From: Eubacteriales bacterium
GTDB lineage: Bacteria; Bacillota; Clostridia; Oscillospirales; CAG-382
Direction of reading: 5' to 3'
DNA length: 64,000 nt
Assembly: GCA_045544855.1 (NCBI GenBank)
Contig: JAZPZV010000006.1
Span: 2,446 to 66,445 of the forward strand
Of this stretch, positions 8,784 to 17,561 are shown piece after piece. The first letter of the stretch is position 1. Every line of letters begins with the position of its first letter. The notes under the pieces were generated by a model. It was not told where the DNA came from, did no database searches, and was given only the letters and a program-made list of their open reading frames with translations. A program made the position numbers and the translations under genes.

Positions 8784-10391
8784 TCATTCAATGCTTTGAT
8801 AAAACGTTTCTTCCGTGGCGCAGACCCCTTGGGTCATGCGGGAAAGGTCGGTGGTGTAAAAACGGTTTTGGGTGAAGAACTCTTCCACGGGGCGGGGCTC
8901 GGTGAGACCGCCGTCGAACAGCAAAGCGCAGGTATGAGCGTTTCTCCCCGCAAACTCCAAGTCGTGGGTAACGGTGAGGATAGCCGTACCCTTTGCGGCC
9001 AGCTCCTGCAAAATAGCCTCCAGACGGCGGGTCGCAAAGGCATCCACCCCCTTGGTGGGCTCGTCCAGCAGGAGGATCCCCGGCTGTTGCAATAACAGTC
9101 TTCCCAAGGCGCAAAGCTGTAATTCCCCTCCGCTGAGATCCAAGGGATGCCGCTCCCAAAGGTGCTCGATCCCCAGGCGGGAAGCAAGCTCCTCTGCCAC
9201 GGCGGGGTCGATCCCCTTCTTTTTGCAATACAACAGATATTCTTCCCCCACGGTCTCCTCCCCAAACAGGGCGGCAGGCTCCTGGGGCAGGTAGGCCATG
9301 CGGCAATGCCACAAGGCCCCGCCGTATTTCTGCAAAGGCTTCCCATCCAGGAGGATCTTCCCGGAAACGGGCTTCAAAAAGCCGCCAAGTAACCGCAGTA
9401 AAGTAGTCTTGCCGCTTCCGTTGCCCCCCACGATGGCAAGGTGTTCTCCCTTATGAAGGGTGAAAGACAAACGGTCGCACAGGGGTGCGGAATCTCTGGC
9501 AAAGCGGAAACAAAGAGCCTCGGTCTCCAGAACAGTCTCCCCTTGGGGCAGTTCCTTTGCAGGCAGGGTGCGGTAGGTCTTACCCGTCAGCATGGCTCGC
9601 CCCTCCCGCAGGGTCAGGGGACATTCCCCTTTCTTCCCCAGCCTGTGCCACACCCGGGTCACCGCGGGCAACACGGGAAGCTTTTCTTCGGCAAATCGGG
9701 CACACACATCCCGGGGCGTGCCGTCGTAAAGAAGGGTCCCTTCCTCCAGATACAAAAGTCTGTCCGCCATGCCCAGCACCCGAGCGGGGTCGTGGGTGGC
9801 AAGCAACACGGTCACCCCCATCTCCCGATTCAGCCGTTCCAGCAGGGAGAGAAATTCCCCCTCCGCAACGGGGTCAAGACGGGAAGTGGGCTCATCCAGC
9901 AACAGCAATGCGGGCTCTGCACTTAAAACGGAAGCCAAAGCAAGCAATTGCTTTTGTCCGCCCGAAAGGGTGTCCGTTTCCTTTCGGAACCAATCTCCCA
10001 TGCCGAAATAGGAGGCTATCTCCCCCACGCGGCGGCGGAGCAGAGCGTCCCCCATCCCCGCACTTTCCCCGGTGAAAGCCAGCTCATGCCACACGCGGTC
10101 GGTGATGATCTGCTCCTCGGGAAGCTGGGCCACGAAGCCCACGGCGAAGGCGGATTCTCTTGGAGTCAGCTCCGAAACGGACTTCCCCAACAGGGAGATC
10201 TCTCCCTTTGCCTCCCCACGGGGGGACAGTTCTCTTTTGATCAAGCGAAGCAAGGTGCTTTTTCCCGAGCCGGATTCTCCCATCAGCACGGTAAAGCTCC
10301 CGGGGGTAAGGGAAAAGGTCACGTCCTTCAAAACGGGAGTCTCCTCGCCGGAATAGGTAAAGGACAGGCGGTCGATATTTAAGATCTCCAT
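8784..10391 (-). CDS. ECF transporter duplicated ATPase (A-A' fusion)
   Basis: Two Walker A motifs (GESGSGKS, GGNGSGKT), two LSGG signatures and LLDEPT motifs. Confidence 0.9.
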   Translation of the reverse strand: MEILNIDRLSFTYSGEETPVLKDVTFSLTPGSFTVLMGESGSGKSTLLRLIKRELSPRGEAKGEISLLGKSVSELTPRESAFAVGFVAQLPEEQIITDRVWHELAFTGESAGMGDALLRRRVGEIASYFGMGDWFRKETDTLSGGQKQLLALASVLSAEPALLLLDEPTSRLDPVAEGEFLSLLERLNREMGVTVLLATHDPARVLGMADRLLYLEEGTLLYDGTPRDVCARFAEEKLPVLPAVTRVWHRLGKKGECPLTLREGRAMLTGKTYRTLPAKELPQGETVLETEALCFRFARDSAPLCDRLSFTLHKGEHLAIVGGNGSGKTTLLRLLGGFLKPVSGKILLDGKPLQKYGGALWHCRMAYLPQEPAALFGEETVGEEYLLYCKKKGIDPAVAEELASRLGIEHLWERHPLDLSGGELQLCALGRLLLQQPGILLLDEPTKGVDAFATRRLEAILQELAAKGTAILTVTHDLEFAGRNAHTCALLFDGGLTEPRPVEEFFTQNRFYTTDLSRMTQGVCATEETFYQSIE

Positions 10392-11170
10392 CGCAATTTT
10401 TCTCTCCCTTCTCCCAGACTCGGCAGGGCGCACAGCACTCCAAAGCAAACGGAAAGCACGGGGCTCTCACATAAGATCCCCCATGCGGATAACACGGTCA
10501 AAAGCAACACCGCCCCAAGCAGTACCCCGTCTCGAGGGGTAAAGCGAAACAGGGTGTAGGCAGTCCGTCCGGGCAGACCGAAGCCACGGGCTTTCATGGT
10601 GTTGCCGGATCGGATGGCGGATTCCAAGGTCATGCCCAGGGAAACGGAAAGATTGCCGCCTGCAAAGCGGAGCTTTTCCAAAGCCCCCTCTCCCCCCAGG
10701 TCAGCCCCCGTGCGGGCTTCCTTCACGGCGGTGTTCCGTCGGGAAGCCCGGGGGATCATCCGCAAAGCGGAGGACAACAGCAAGGCGGTCTTGGGGAAGG
10801 CTCTCCCCAGAAGGTATACCAGCCGTTCCGTGTCCAGCACCCGCCCGAAGGCGGAAAACCAGCAAAGGGAAGCGGCCAGCATCCCGCCGATCCGCGCCCC
10901 TGTAAGAATCGCATCCAGGGTCACGGCGTTATGGTTGAGGTAAAACAGCACCTGCTCCCCGCGGTGGGAGAACAGGGGATTGGTAACGGCAAAGACCGCC
11001 ACCACGATAAGGGTGGTCTTCAGTTGGGTCTTTGCCCCGCCGGTCATGGCACAGAAGAGCAGCCCTCCCGCCAAAGAGCAAAGGATCACAAAGGGCTCTG
11101 TGGAAAAGGCGGAAAGGAACAACAGCGCAAGCAAAAGCAAGGCGGAAACGGAAGGGTGCCATTCTCTCAC
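10379..11170 (-). CDS. ECF transporter transmembrane component T
   Basis: NPLFSHRG, ALRMIP and MKARGFG motifs. Hydrophobic. Confidence 0.88.
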   Translation of the reverse strand: MREWHPSVSALLLLALLFLSAFSTEPFVILCSLAGGLLFCAMTGGAKTQLKTTLIVVAVFAVTNPLFSHRGEQVLFYLNHNAVTLDAILTGARIGGMLAASLCWFSAFGRVLDTERLVYLLGRAFPKTALLLSSALRMIPRASRRNTAVKEARTGADLGGEGALEKLRFAGGNLSVSLGMTLESAIRSGNTMKARGFGLPGRTAYTLFRFTPRDGVLLGAVLLLTVLSAWGILCESPVLSVCFGVLCALPSLGEGREKLRWRS

Positions 11171-11715
11171 GGCGTCTCCCCCCCTTCCTCATAGGAGGTG
11201 ACGTACTTCCAGCAGATCACGTCTCCATCCTTCGGAAGATAGTCCGCGGCGGATACCCCTGCGGATTCTCCGTTCACGGCGTAGATCCAGCCGGACTGAT
11301 CCCCGTGATCGAATTCGTAAAGCCCGCCGATGCCCTCCACGTAGCCCCCGGAGGTCTCGATGCGGAGATTCTTCGCCTCGGTGACCCGCAAGAGAAGCTC
11401 CAGCACGGTCTCCCCTTCGCGAAGTGCCACTTGGGTGGGAGGCAACAAAAAGCCCTTCCCTGCCGCTGAAGCATCGATCTCCAAGGTCACCACAGGATCT
11501 CCCTCCCCTGCGGGGGCAAGAGAACCGCTTCCGTATTCCGAAACGGAATGGAAGGCGGAAACGGTCAGAAAACAGATCACCAGGGAGGCGCAAAGGACGG
11601 TAAGCGCAACGTCTTTAAACTTTTTCTTGATACCGAAAAAAAGGCAAAGGGACAAAGCCACGGCGAAAACCGCCGCGATCAACAGCCAACGGATCTGCTC
11701 TCCCGTAAGTGCCAC
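11167..11715 (-). CDS. Membrane-anchored DUF4430 (transcobalamin-C-like) protein
   Basis: YVEGIGGLYEFDHGDQSGWIYAVNG motif after two N-terminal TM segments. GTG start with SD AGGAG. Confidence 0.8.
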   Translation of the reverse strand: MALTGEQIRWLLIAAVFAVALSLCLFFGIKKKFKDVALTVLCASLVICFLTVSAFHSVSEYGSGSLAPAGEGDPVVTLEIDASAAGKGFLLPPTQVALREGETVLELLLRVTEAKNLRIETSGGYVEGIGGLYEFDHGDQSGWIYAVNGESAGVSAADYLPKDGDVICWKYVTSYEEGGETP

Positions 11716-11744
11716 GCTCTGCTCCTGCCTTTCTGTTTTTTGGT

Positions 11745-11813
11745 ATTATACCACCGCCAAAGAAAAAAAGCAAGGTTTGGGGAGTTGCGGGAACTATTTT
11801 TTTGTGTTATACT
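11745..11813. promoter_or_regulatory. Divergent sigma-A promoters (ECF transporter operon on minus, sigma factor on plus)
   Basis: Minus strand TTGCTT-17-TATAAT (11745-11773). Plus strand TTGCGG-17-TATACT (11785-11813). Confidence 0.6.
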
Positions 11814-11901
11814 GAAAAAAGTTCCAACCCTTTTCTTTCATCCGTTACTTTATGGGTGAAACGATCGTTTGAAAGCAATGAAAAAGGAGGTGCCTGCCAA
11901 A

Positions 11902-13542
11902 ATGACCCAACAGGAGCTGTTAAGCGCTCTGGAATCCGACCTGCTCCCCAAGATCTACGGTTTTTGCCGCATGAAGCTGGGCGGCGAAGCGGAGGCGGAG
12001 GATCTGGCTCAGGAGATCTGCGTGGAGCTTTTGAAAGCCATCCGCAGCGGCAAGGAGATCGAAAATCTCAGTGCCTTTGCCTGGAGCGTTTCCAACCATC
12101 TGTTTTACAACCATCTGCGGAAAAAGAAAAAGCTTTCCGCAGAGTACGCTTCCCGCACCTATCTTTCCGAATTGGTTGCCTCCGGGGAAAACACCGAGGA
12201 GGACTACCTGCAAAAGGAACAGACCGCACTGTTACGGCGGGAGCTGGCGTTGATGTCCGGCAACTACCGCAAGGCGGTGATCCTACACTATTTCGACGGA
12301 CTTTCCTGCGAGGAGATCGGCAATCGTCTGGGAAAATCCGCAGGCACCGTGAAATGGTGGCTTCACGACGCACGGGAGGCCATCAAGAAAGGAATGGAAC
12401 AAATGAGAACTTACGGAGAAAAAAGCTATCACCCCGAGACCCTTTACATGGCCTGTACGGGAATGCCGGGCAACGATATGGAGCCCATCTCCCTGCGGAA
12501 GCGGAAATCCACCCAGAACATCCTTCTGGCCGCCTACCAAAAGCCTGTGACCGTCACACAGCTTTGCGAGGAATTGGGGATCTCTGCGCCCTATATTGAG
12601 GACGAATTGGAGGAGCTGGTGAAGGGGGAGCTCGTAGGGGAGCTTCCCGGCGGGAAGTATCAGACGGATTTCGTGATCCTTCCCAACGACAGGCGGATCA
12701 TCGGGGATAAGCTGATGGAAAAGGCCATCCCCGCCTATTACGAAAAGCTGATCTCCCTGCTGGAGGAACACAAGGATACCCTTACCCAAAGAGCATACAA
12801 CACCCCCGGTTTTTCCTGGGAACGGCTGCTTTGGGTATACATCCCCTGGTTTGCGGAGCTGCATATCAACCGCTTCCGCTACGAGGAAGGGAAATGCGTG
12901 AAGTACGCGGATATGCCCATTCGCCCCAACGGCGGGAAGTGGATCGCCTTCGGCTACCACGAGGATCACAGCCTGAGCAAGCCGAAAAAGAAAATGCCCT
13001 ACCACCAATTCCAAGGCCCCGTGCATAAGATCGACGGGGTGTTCGCCCAGGGCTTCTATCACCATTGGTGCGGCACGGAAAAGGGACTTTGGGGAGGGAT
13101 CTTCTTTGAGACCCCCGGGGAGGTCATGGCTCTTTGCAACCGCTTGGTGAAGGGGGAGCTGACGGTAGACACCCTGTGCGAGGAAGAAAAGGTGCTCTTT
13201 GCCAGGGCTATGGAGCTGTATCTGTTCTTGAAGATGGAGGACGGGTACCTGCAAAACTACTATTACGCCTGCCGGGAGGTCACGGAAAAGCTGGGAGAAC
13301 TGGCGGAAAGCATTTACCCGGCGGTGCGCCCCCTGCTGGAGGAGGCCTTCTCGGTGATGGAAAAGGAGCTGGCAGACTATATCCCCGCCCATCTGAATTG
13401 GCAGAAGGGGAACTTCATCGCCATGCACTTCGGGTACTTTACCACGGGATGTCTCTATCTGGCAGAAAAAGCGGGAAAGCTCTCCTCCCCCGCAGAGTAT
13501 GAAAAGCCCTGGCTGAGTCTTTTCGTCAGCGACGGGGAATAA
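11902..13542 (+). CDS. ECF-type sigma-70 factor with a ~380-aa C-terminal extension
   Basis: Region 2 EAEDLAQEI and region 4 LHYFDGLSCEEIG..GTVKWWL. A second HTH ELGISAPYIEDELE lies in the extension. SD AGGAGG. Confidence 0.88.
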   Translation: MTQQELLSALESDLLPKIYGFCRMKLGGEAEAEDLAQEICVELLKAIRSGKEIENLSAFAWSVSNHLFYNHLRKKKKLSAEYASRTYLSELVASGENTEEDYLQKEQTALLRRELALMSGNYRKAVILHYFDGLSCEEIGNRLGKSAGTVKWWLHDAREAIKKGMEQMRTYGEKSYHPETLYMACTGMPGNDMEPISLRKRKSTQNILLAAYQKPVTVTQLCEELGISAPYIEDELEELVKGELVGELPGGKYQTDFVILPNDRRIIGDKLMEKAIPAYYEKLISLLEEHKDTLTQRAYNTPGFSWERLLWVYIPWFAELHINRFRYEEGKCVKYADMPIRPNGGKWIAFGYHEDHSLSKPKKKMPYHQFQGPVHKIDGVFAQGFYHHWCGTEKGLWGGIFFETPGEVMALCNRLVKGELTVDTLCEEEKVLFARAMELYLFLKMEDGYLQNYYYACREVTEKLGELAESIYPAVRPLLEEAFSVMEKELADYIPAHLNWQKGNFIAMHFGYFTTGCLYLAEKAGKLSSPAEYEKPWLSLFVSDGE

Positions 13543-13548
13543 AAACAA

Positions 13549-13581
13549 GGAGGCCGCGTCGTTTGACGCGGCCTCGTTTTG
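13549..13581. terminator. Bidirectional terminator hairpin
   Basis: GAGGCCGCGTC-GTTT-GACGCGGCCTC-GTTTT. Confidence 0.7.
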
Positions 13582-13599
13582 CTGTATAGCTGTATAGCG

Positions 13600-16146
13600 T
13601 TATAAAGTCGCCTTCTGATCCTCGGGAACGGGCAAGGGCTCGTCCTCCTCGGGAATGGCGATAACAGGCGGTGCTTTCATCAGCATCTGCATATTGCAGA
13701 CGGTACACCTGCCGTTGGCGTAAGTATGCGCCGCAGGCGTGGTTTCATGCCCGCAGTCCGTGCATTCACGCCAGTGACCGTCTTCGTTGTAGTCGTATAC
13801 GAAGTTGTGCATCGCCGTGGTAGAATATCCACACACGGAGCAAGCTTTCGTGTGCACAATACCGCTGTACGTGGTATAGGTAAACGTGTGAGCCGTCGAA
13901 ACGGAATACCCACATTTGCTACAGGTTCTGGTATGCTGTGTGGATGTATACGAATAACTCGAACTAAGCGTATGAGACCGTGTGACCGTATATCCGCAGG
14001 AGCAGGAAAGGGTATGTCCGTTAGCATCGTAACTGTCAGCTATCAAACTATGAGTTGCGGAAACGCTGTATCCGCAGTCTGTACAGGTTGCTACGTGACC
14101 CGCACTCCCGTATGTATAGTTGAAAGTATGCGGTGTCAGTGCAACCATGTAATCGCACCCGGTGCATTTTTGAAAATGTCCCGATTCGGAAAGTTCCATT
14201 GTATGAGGCTCGTACGTTCTGTGCTGTCCGCAACTGGCACATTCAATCCAATGTTGTGTGGAGTTATAATAAGTAACAGAATAGATATGCAAAAACTTAT
14301 AGCCTGCGACAGAAGTCACCAACCGTTCACAAGTCTTTTGGCCGTTGCTTGCAACAGAGACATCATAAACCCAGCAAACTGCATTTGGCTCATCTATTAA
14401 TTCCAAGGCACTGACCGCTCTTGAATAAAACATGACGTGATGACCGCTTTTTACAATGATATCCCATTCTCGTAATTCATCAAGCAATGAAACCTCATGT
14501 CCGAACGATAAAAAACGAGACGTATGAGGTTTTGTATTAATGGAAGAACGAATGCCCGTGGCGCGCCCAACAAAGCCTGAACAATCCAAACCTATTGTGC
14601 CCGATACAGGATCAATTTCAGTTTCAACGTTTCCGGTCATATACCGAGAATATTTTCCGTCCAATTCCGCAAGGGTGAGCGCTATAAACTCCTCTCGGTC
14701 GTTAAATCCTCCCCAACGATAGGGTATCCCGGTTTGATTCGGTTCAGCATCTTCATCTTTTAGATATGGAGGAAGCTCGGCTCCGCCTCTCTCTTCCTTA
14801 TGTCCTGCTACCAGTGTCCAAGGTGTTTCAATGATCCGCAGGGCATGTTCCTCGGTTTCAAAACGTGACGCCGGCGCGAATATTACCGAAGAAGCGGCGG
14901 AGGTTGCTTCCGTCGCTTCGCTTTTGGCTTGATTTGTAATGCTGCCGAAATCGCTCAAAGTCACTCCGGAATAACCCGGCGTGATCTTATAGACCTCTCC
15001 GTAATCCGCATAGTAAAGAATAGCATAATAAATCCCATCAGGACCTATTACAATGCAAGGCTTAAGCACATCTTTGAATACAGTTTCTCCAATAGTGACG
15101 GTCCAACCTTGATACTGAGTCAAGATTCCGGGAGGATAGGAAATTTCACACGGGACCATATCCGTGGTTTTATACCCAAAAAGGAATTCGGATTGTAAAT
15201 TGCCGTTTCTGTCATAGCGGCTCAGCAACATTTCCGAAATCACCAAATCGGTACTAACATAATGTTGCACAACCATTGTAGAAACGCCGGAAGGTGTACA
15301 GGACATAACTGCAGGCGTTTTTCCCTCTTTTAGATAGATCGTATAGGGAACGCCGTCTTTTTTTGAAACAGAATGACCCTCCTCCTTGTTCGCCAAAACA
15401 TAGGGTCGTTCGCCTTCTGCCAGCAAATTGCCATCAAGCGTATACCATTGATCATCGGAAGCACGTAGAATCGGTTCCGATCCTCCAATGTCTACCAAGG
15501 AACCACGTTTCATGTGATAGGTTTCCACTAACTTAGCGCCAGAAACGCCGTTCTTCAACGAATACTTTTCAATGGTGCCGTCCGTGAACGATATATACAG
15601 ATTCTCGTCGCAAATCGTTAAACCAGAGACACTTTCCTTCATGGGATAAGAAAAGCATTCACCCGTATTCAAGCAAGTTAACTTGCCGCCACGAGCGATG
15701 TAGATATTGCCCCAGCTATCGGCACAATACCTTGCCTCAATTGAGATATCCGGATTAGCAGAGCTTTCTGCATAAAGAAAATCATAAGTGACCAAGCCGT
15801 TTTCACCCGTTTTAAAGAACAGCACCTTTTCCAAGGTGGTCTCTTTTTCCTCGGGGACGATAGGTTGAACAGGCTCAATCGGTTGGATAGGTTCCAATTC
15901 GATGTCCGATTCCTCCATGGAAACAGTTTCTTCGGGTTCTGATTCCGTGGGAGCGGTTTCGGAAGGGGCGGCAGGCTCCTGGGTCGTGGAGCTTTCCGCG
16001 TTCACTTCGGAAAGGGTAAACTGGGGTGCGGGAGCCTTACTCTCCGTCTCGGAAACGGCGGGCGGCTCCATGGTTTCGGCTGCACAGGCGCAAGCCATCA
16101 AAAGAACGGAAAGGCAAAGAAGAATTGCCAAAAATCTTTTTTTCAT
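13600..16146 (-). CDS. Lipoprotein with an NlpC/P60-like Cys-His domain and C-terminal HxxxCxxCG repeats
   Basis: Signal peptide with lipobox LMAC. GIPYRWGG..GLDCSGFV..DIIVKSGHHV. About 8 Cys/His repeats. Confidence 0.7.
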   Translation of the reverse strand: MKKRFLAILLCLSVLLMACACAAETMEPPAVSETESKAPAPQFTLSEVNAESSTTQEPAAPSETAPTESEPEETVSMEESDIELEPIQPIEPVQPIVPEEKETTLEKVLFFKTGENGLVTYDFLYAESSANPDISIEARYCADSWGNIYIARGGKLTCLNTGECFSYPMKESVSGLTICDENLYISFTDGTIEKYSLKNGVSGAKLVETYHMKRGSLVDIGGSEPILRASDDQWYTLDGNLLAEGERPYVLANKEEGHSVSKKDGVPYTIYLKEGKTPAVMSCTPSGVSTMVVQHYVSTDLVISEMLLSRYDRNGNLQSEFLFGYKTTDMVPCEISYPPGILTQYQGWTVTIGETVFKDVLKPCIVIGPDGIYYAILYYADYGEVYKITPGYSGVTLSDFGSITNQAKSEATEATSAASSVIFAPASRFETEEHALRIIETPWTLVAGHKEERGGAELPPYLKDEDAEPNQTGIPYRWGGFNDREEFIALTLAELDGKYSRYMTGNVETEIDPVSGTIGLDCSGFVGRATGIRSSINTKPHTSRFLSFGHEVSLLDELREWDIIVKSGHHVMFYSRAVSALELIDEPNAVCWVYDVSVASNGQKTCERLVTSVAGYKFLHIYSVTYYNSTQHWIECASCGQHRTYEPHTMELSESGHFQKCTGCDYMVALTPHTFNYTYGSAGHVATCTDCGYSVSATHSLIADSYDANGHTLSCSCGYTVTRSHTLSSSYSYTSTQHTRTCSKCGYSVSTAHTFTYTTYSGIVHTKACSVCGYSTTAMHNFVYDYNEDGHWRECTDCGHETTPAAHTYANGRCTVCNMQMLMKAPPVIAIPEEDEPLPVPEDQKATL

Positions 16147-16150
16147 GGTC

Positions 16151-16258
16151 TTACCTCCTGAAAAAAGTCGATGGTTGGTGTCCTCCGGGCATACACCCGC
16201 TGGGCATATACCCGCAAGACGTAGCTTGTTCTGTGATTTCTGTTTCGGTATTGCCCAT
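16151..16258 (-). CDS. Small ORF, 35 aa: MGNTETEITEQATSCGYMPSGCMPGGHQPSTFFRR
   Basis: SD AAAGGAAG, located between a consensus promoter and the lipoprotein gene. Its last codons contain the SD (AGGAGG) of the next gene. Confidence 0.5.
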   Translation of the reverse strand: MGNTETEITEQATSCGYMPSGCMPGGHQPSTFFRR

Positions 16259-16300
16259 TGGACTCACTTCCTTTCCTTCTGTGTTATTCTTTACAATTTA

Positions 16301-16329
16301 AGTATAGCAAGAGAAGTATCCGATGTCAA
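16301..16329 (-). promoter_or_regulatory. Sigma-A promoter for the small ORF and NlpC/P60 lipoprotein
   Basis: TTGACA-17-TATACT with TG. Confidence 0.8.
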
Positions 16330-16460
16330 TTGTTGATTATGTAAATTGTTTATTGCATACTTTGTGCATGCTGCACAGCCCGCAAAAGCTCTGTTTTATA
16401 AGTATGTGGAAAACCTGTGGTTCGTCTATTCGGGGGCGCAAAAGTTCACGTTTTGTTAAC

Positions 16461-16495
16461 AAAAAGGCTGTGTCTTTCCACACAGCCTCGTTTTC
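16461..16495 (-). terminator. Terminator after the SGNH hydrolase
   Basis: AGGCTGTG...CACAGCCT hairpin with an adjacent A5 run (T5 on minus). Confidence 0.6.
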
Positions 16496-16499
16496 GTAT

Positions 16500-17561
16500 T
16501 CATTTTTTTCCGCAGGTCAGGTGAGCGATCTCTTGGAGCTTTTGGGCAGTCTCCTTGCCGAAATATGCGTCGTAGGAATTCCCTCGGGTGTCGATGCCCA
16601 AGATGGTCTCCGCCAGACAGCAGCCCGCCAGGTAACTGCCCATTCCCGAATGGTGGGAACGGTCGTCTGCATAAAGCTCCAATTCGGGATATTTCTCGCG
16701 GCACAGCACGAAGGCATCCGCCGCGGCGGATACGGGTACACCGAAGGTCTCCCCCGCCCTTCGGTAGGTCTCCGAAAGGGAGGCGGTCAGCTCCTGCATG
16801 AGCCCCTCCTCCGCCTTGGGGGCACAGCGCATATACAGGAAAGGCTTTGCCCCATTCTCCTCCACCATGGGAAGGATAGTACGGAGAGAGCTTTCCAGAT
16901 CCTCAAGAGTGGCGGCGCCTGCGTCCTGAAGCACGGAGAAATCGTAGCGTTTTTCTCCCAAACGGGCGATCAACAGCTTATGATAGTCATGGTCGGGATC
17001 GGCAAACTGATGGAGATACGCCGCCCCGCGGGTGCAATAGGTCACCTCCACAGCCCTGCCTGCCGCCTTGCAAAGCTCACGGAACTTCAAGGGCACGCCG
17101 TGGAAATAGGTACAGCTATTGCCGATGAACAGGAACTGCAAGGCGCGGGGATCACGGGGAATTGCTTCCTCGTAGCGAAGCACCAAGGTATCCCCTTCCA
17201 CGCTGCCCTCCACCTTGGGATGCACCACCATGGTGGCGTTGTACAGCATGGCGTTTTCCATGGCGAAATCGAAGCAACCGCGGATCTCCTCGTTCCCCGC
17301 CCCGGCAAAGGCGATGGCAAAGCCGTGGGGAGGGATGGTGACAGACAGCTGAGGACTGCCCAGCTTCTCATCGGTATTGGCCCAAAGCTCGCCGCCTGCC
17401 TCCCGCAGGAGGCCGTCTGCCCCGAAGAGCATCAGCTTGGCGTTGCTAAACAGATACGTTTCCGTCTTTAATACGCGGGGTGTGCCACAGCCCATGTACA
17501 GGGTGATCCCTTCCCCCGCAGGGGAATCCTTGTGGCGGATGGGAAGGTGCAGTTCCTTCAT
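16500..17561 (-). CDS. SGNH/GDSL-like hydrolase with an N-terminal extra domain
   Basis: FLFIGNSCTY block I and YADDRSHHSGMGSYLA block V. Confidence 0.7.
   Translation of the reverse strand: MKELHLPIRHKDSPAGEGITLYMGCGTPRVLKTETYLFSNAKLMLFGADGLLREAGGELWANTDEKLGSPQLSVTIPPHGFAIAFAGAGNEEIRGCFDFAMENAMLYNATMVVHPKVEGSVEGDTLVLRYEEAIPRDPRALQFLFIGNSCTYFHGVPLKFRELCKAAGRAVEVTYCTRGAAYLHQFADPDHDYHKLLIARLGEKRYDFSVLQDAGAATLEDLESSLRTILPMVEENGAKPFLYMRCAPKAEEGLMQELTASLSETYRRAGETFGVPVSAAADAFVLCREKYPELELYADDRSHHSGMGSYLAGCCLAETILGIDTRGNSYDAYFGKETAQKLQEIAHLTCGKK

Noticed and set aside
11716..11900. Cobalamin riboswitch upstream of the DUF4430/ECF operon
   Set aside because: The promoter lies ~30 nt from the start codon and no B12-box is recognisable.
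16400..16425. DnaA-box-like TGTGGAAAA suggesting an origin
   Set aside because: There is only one imperfect box and no dnaA/dnaN context.
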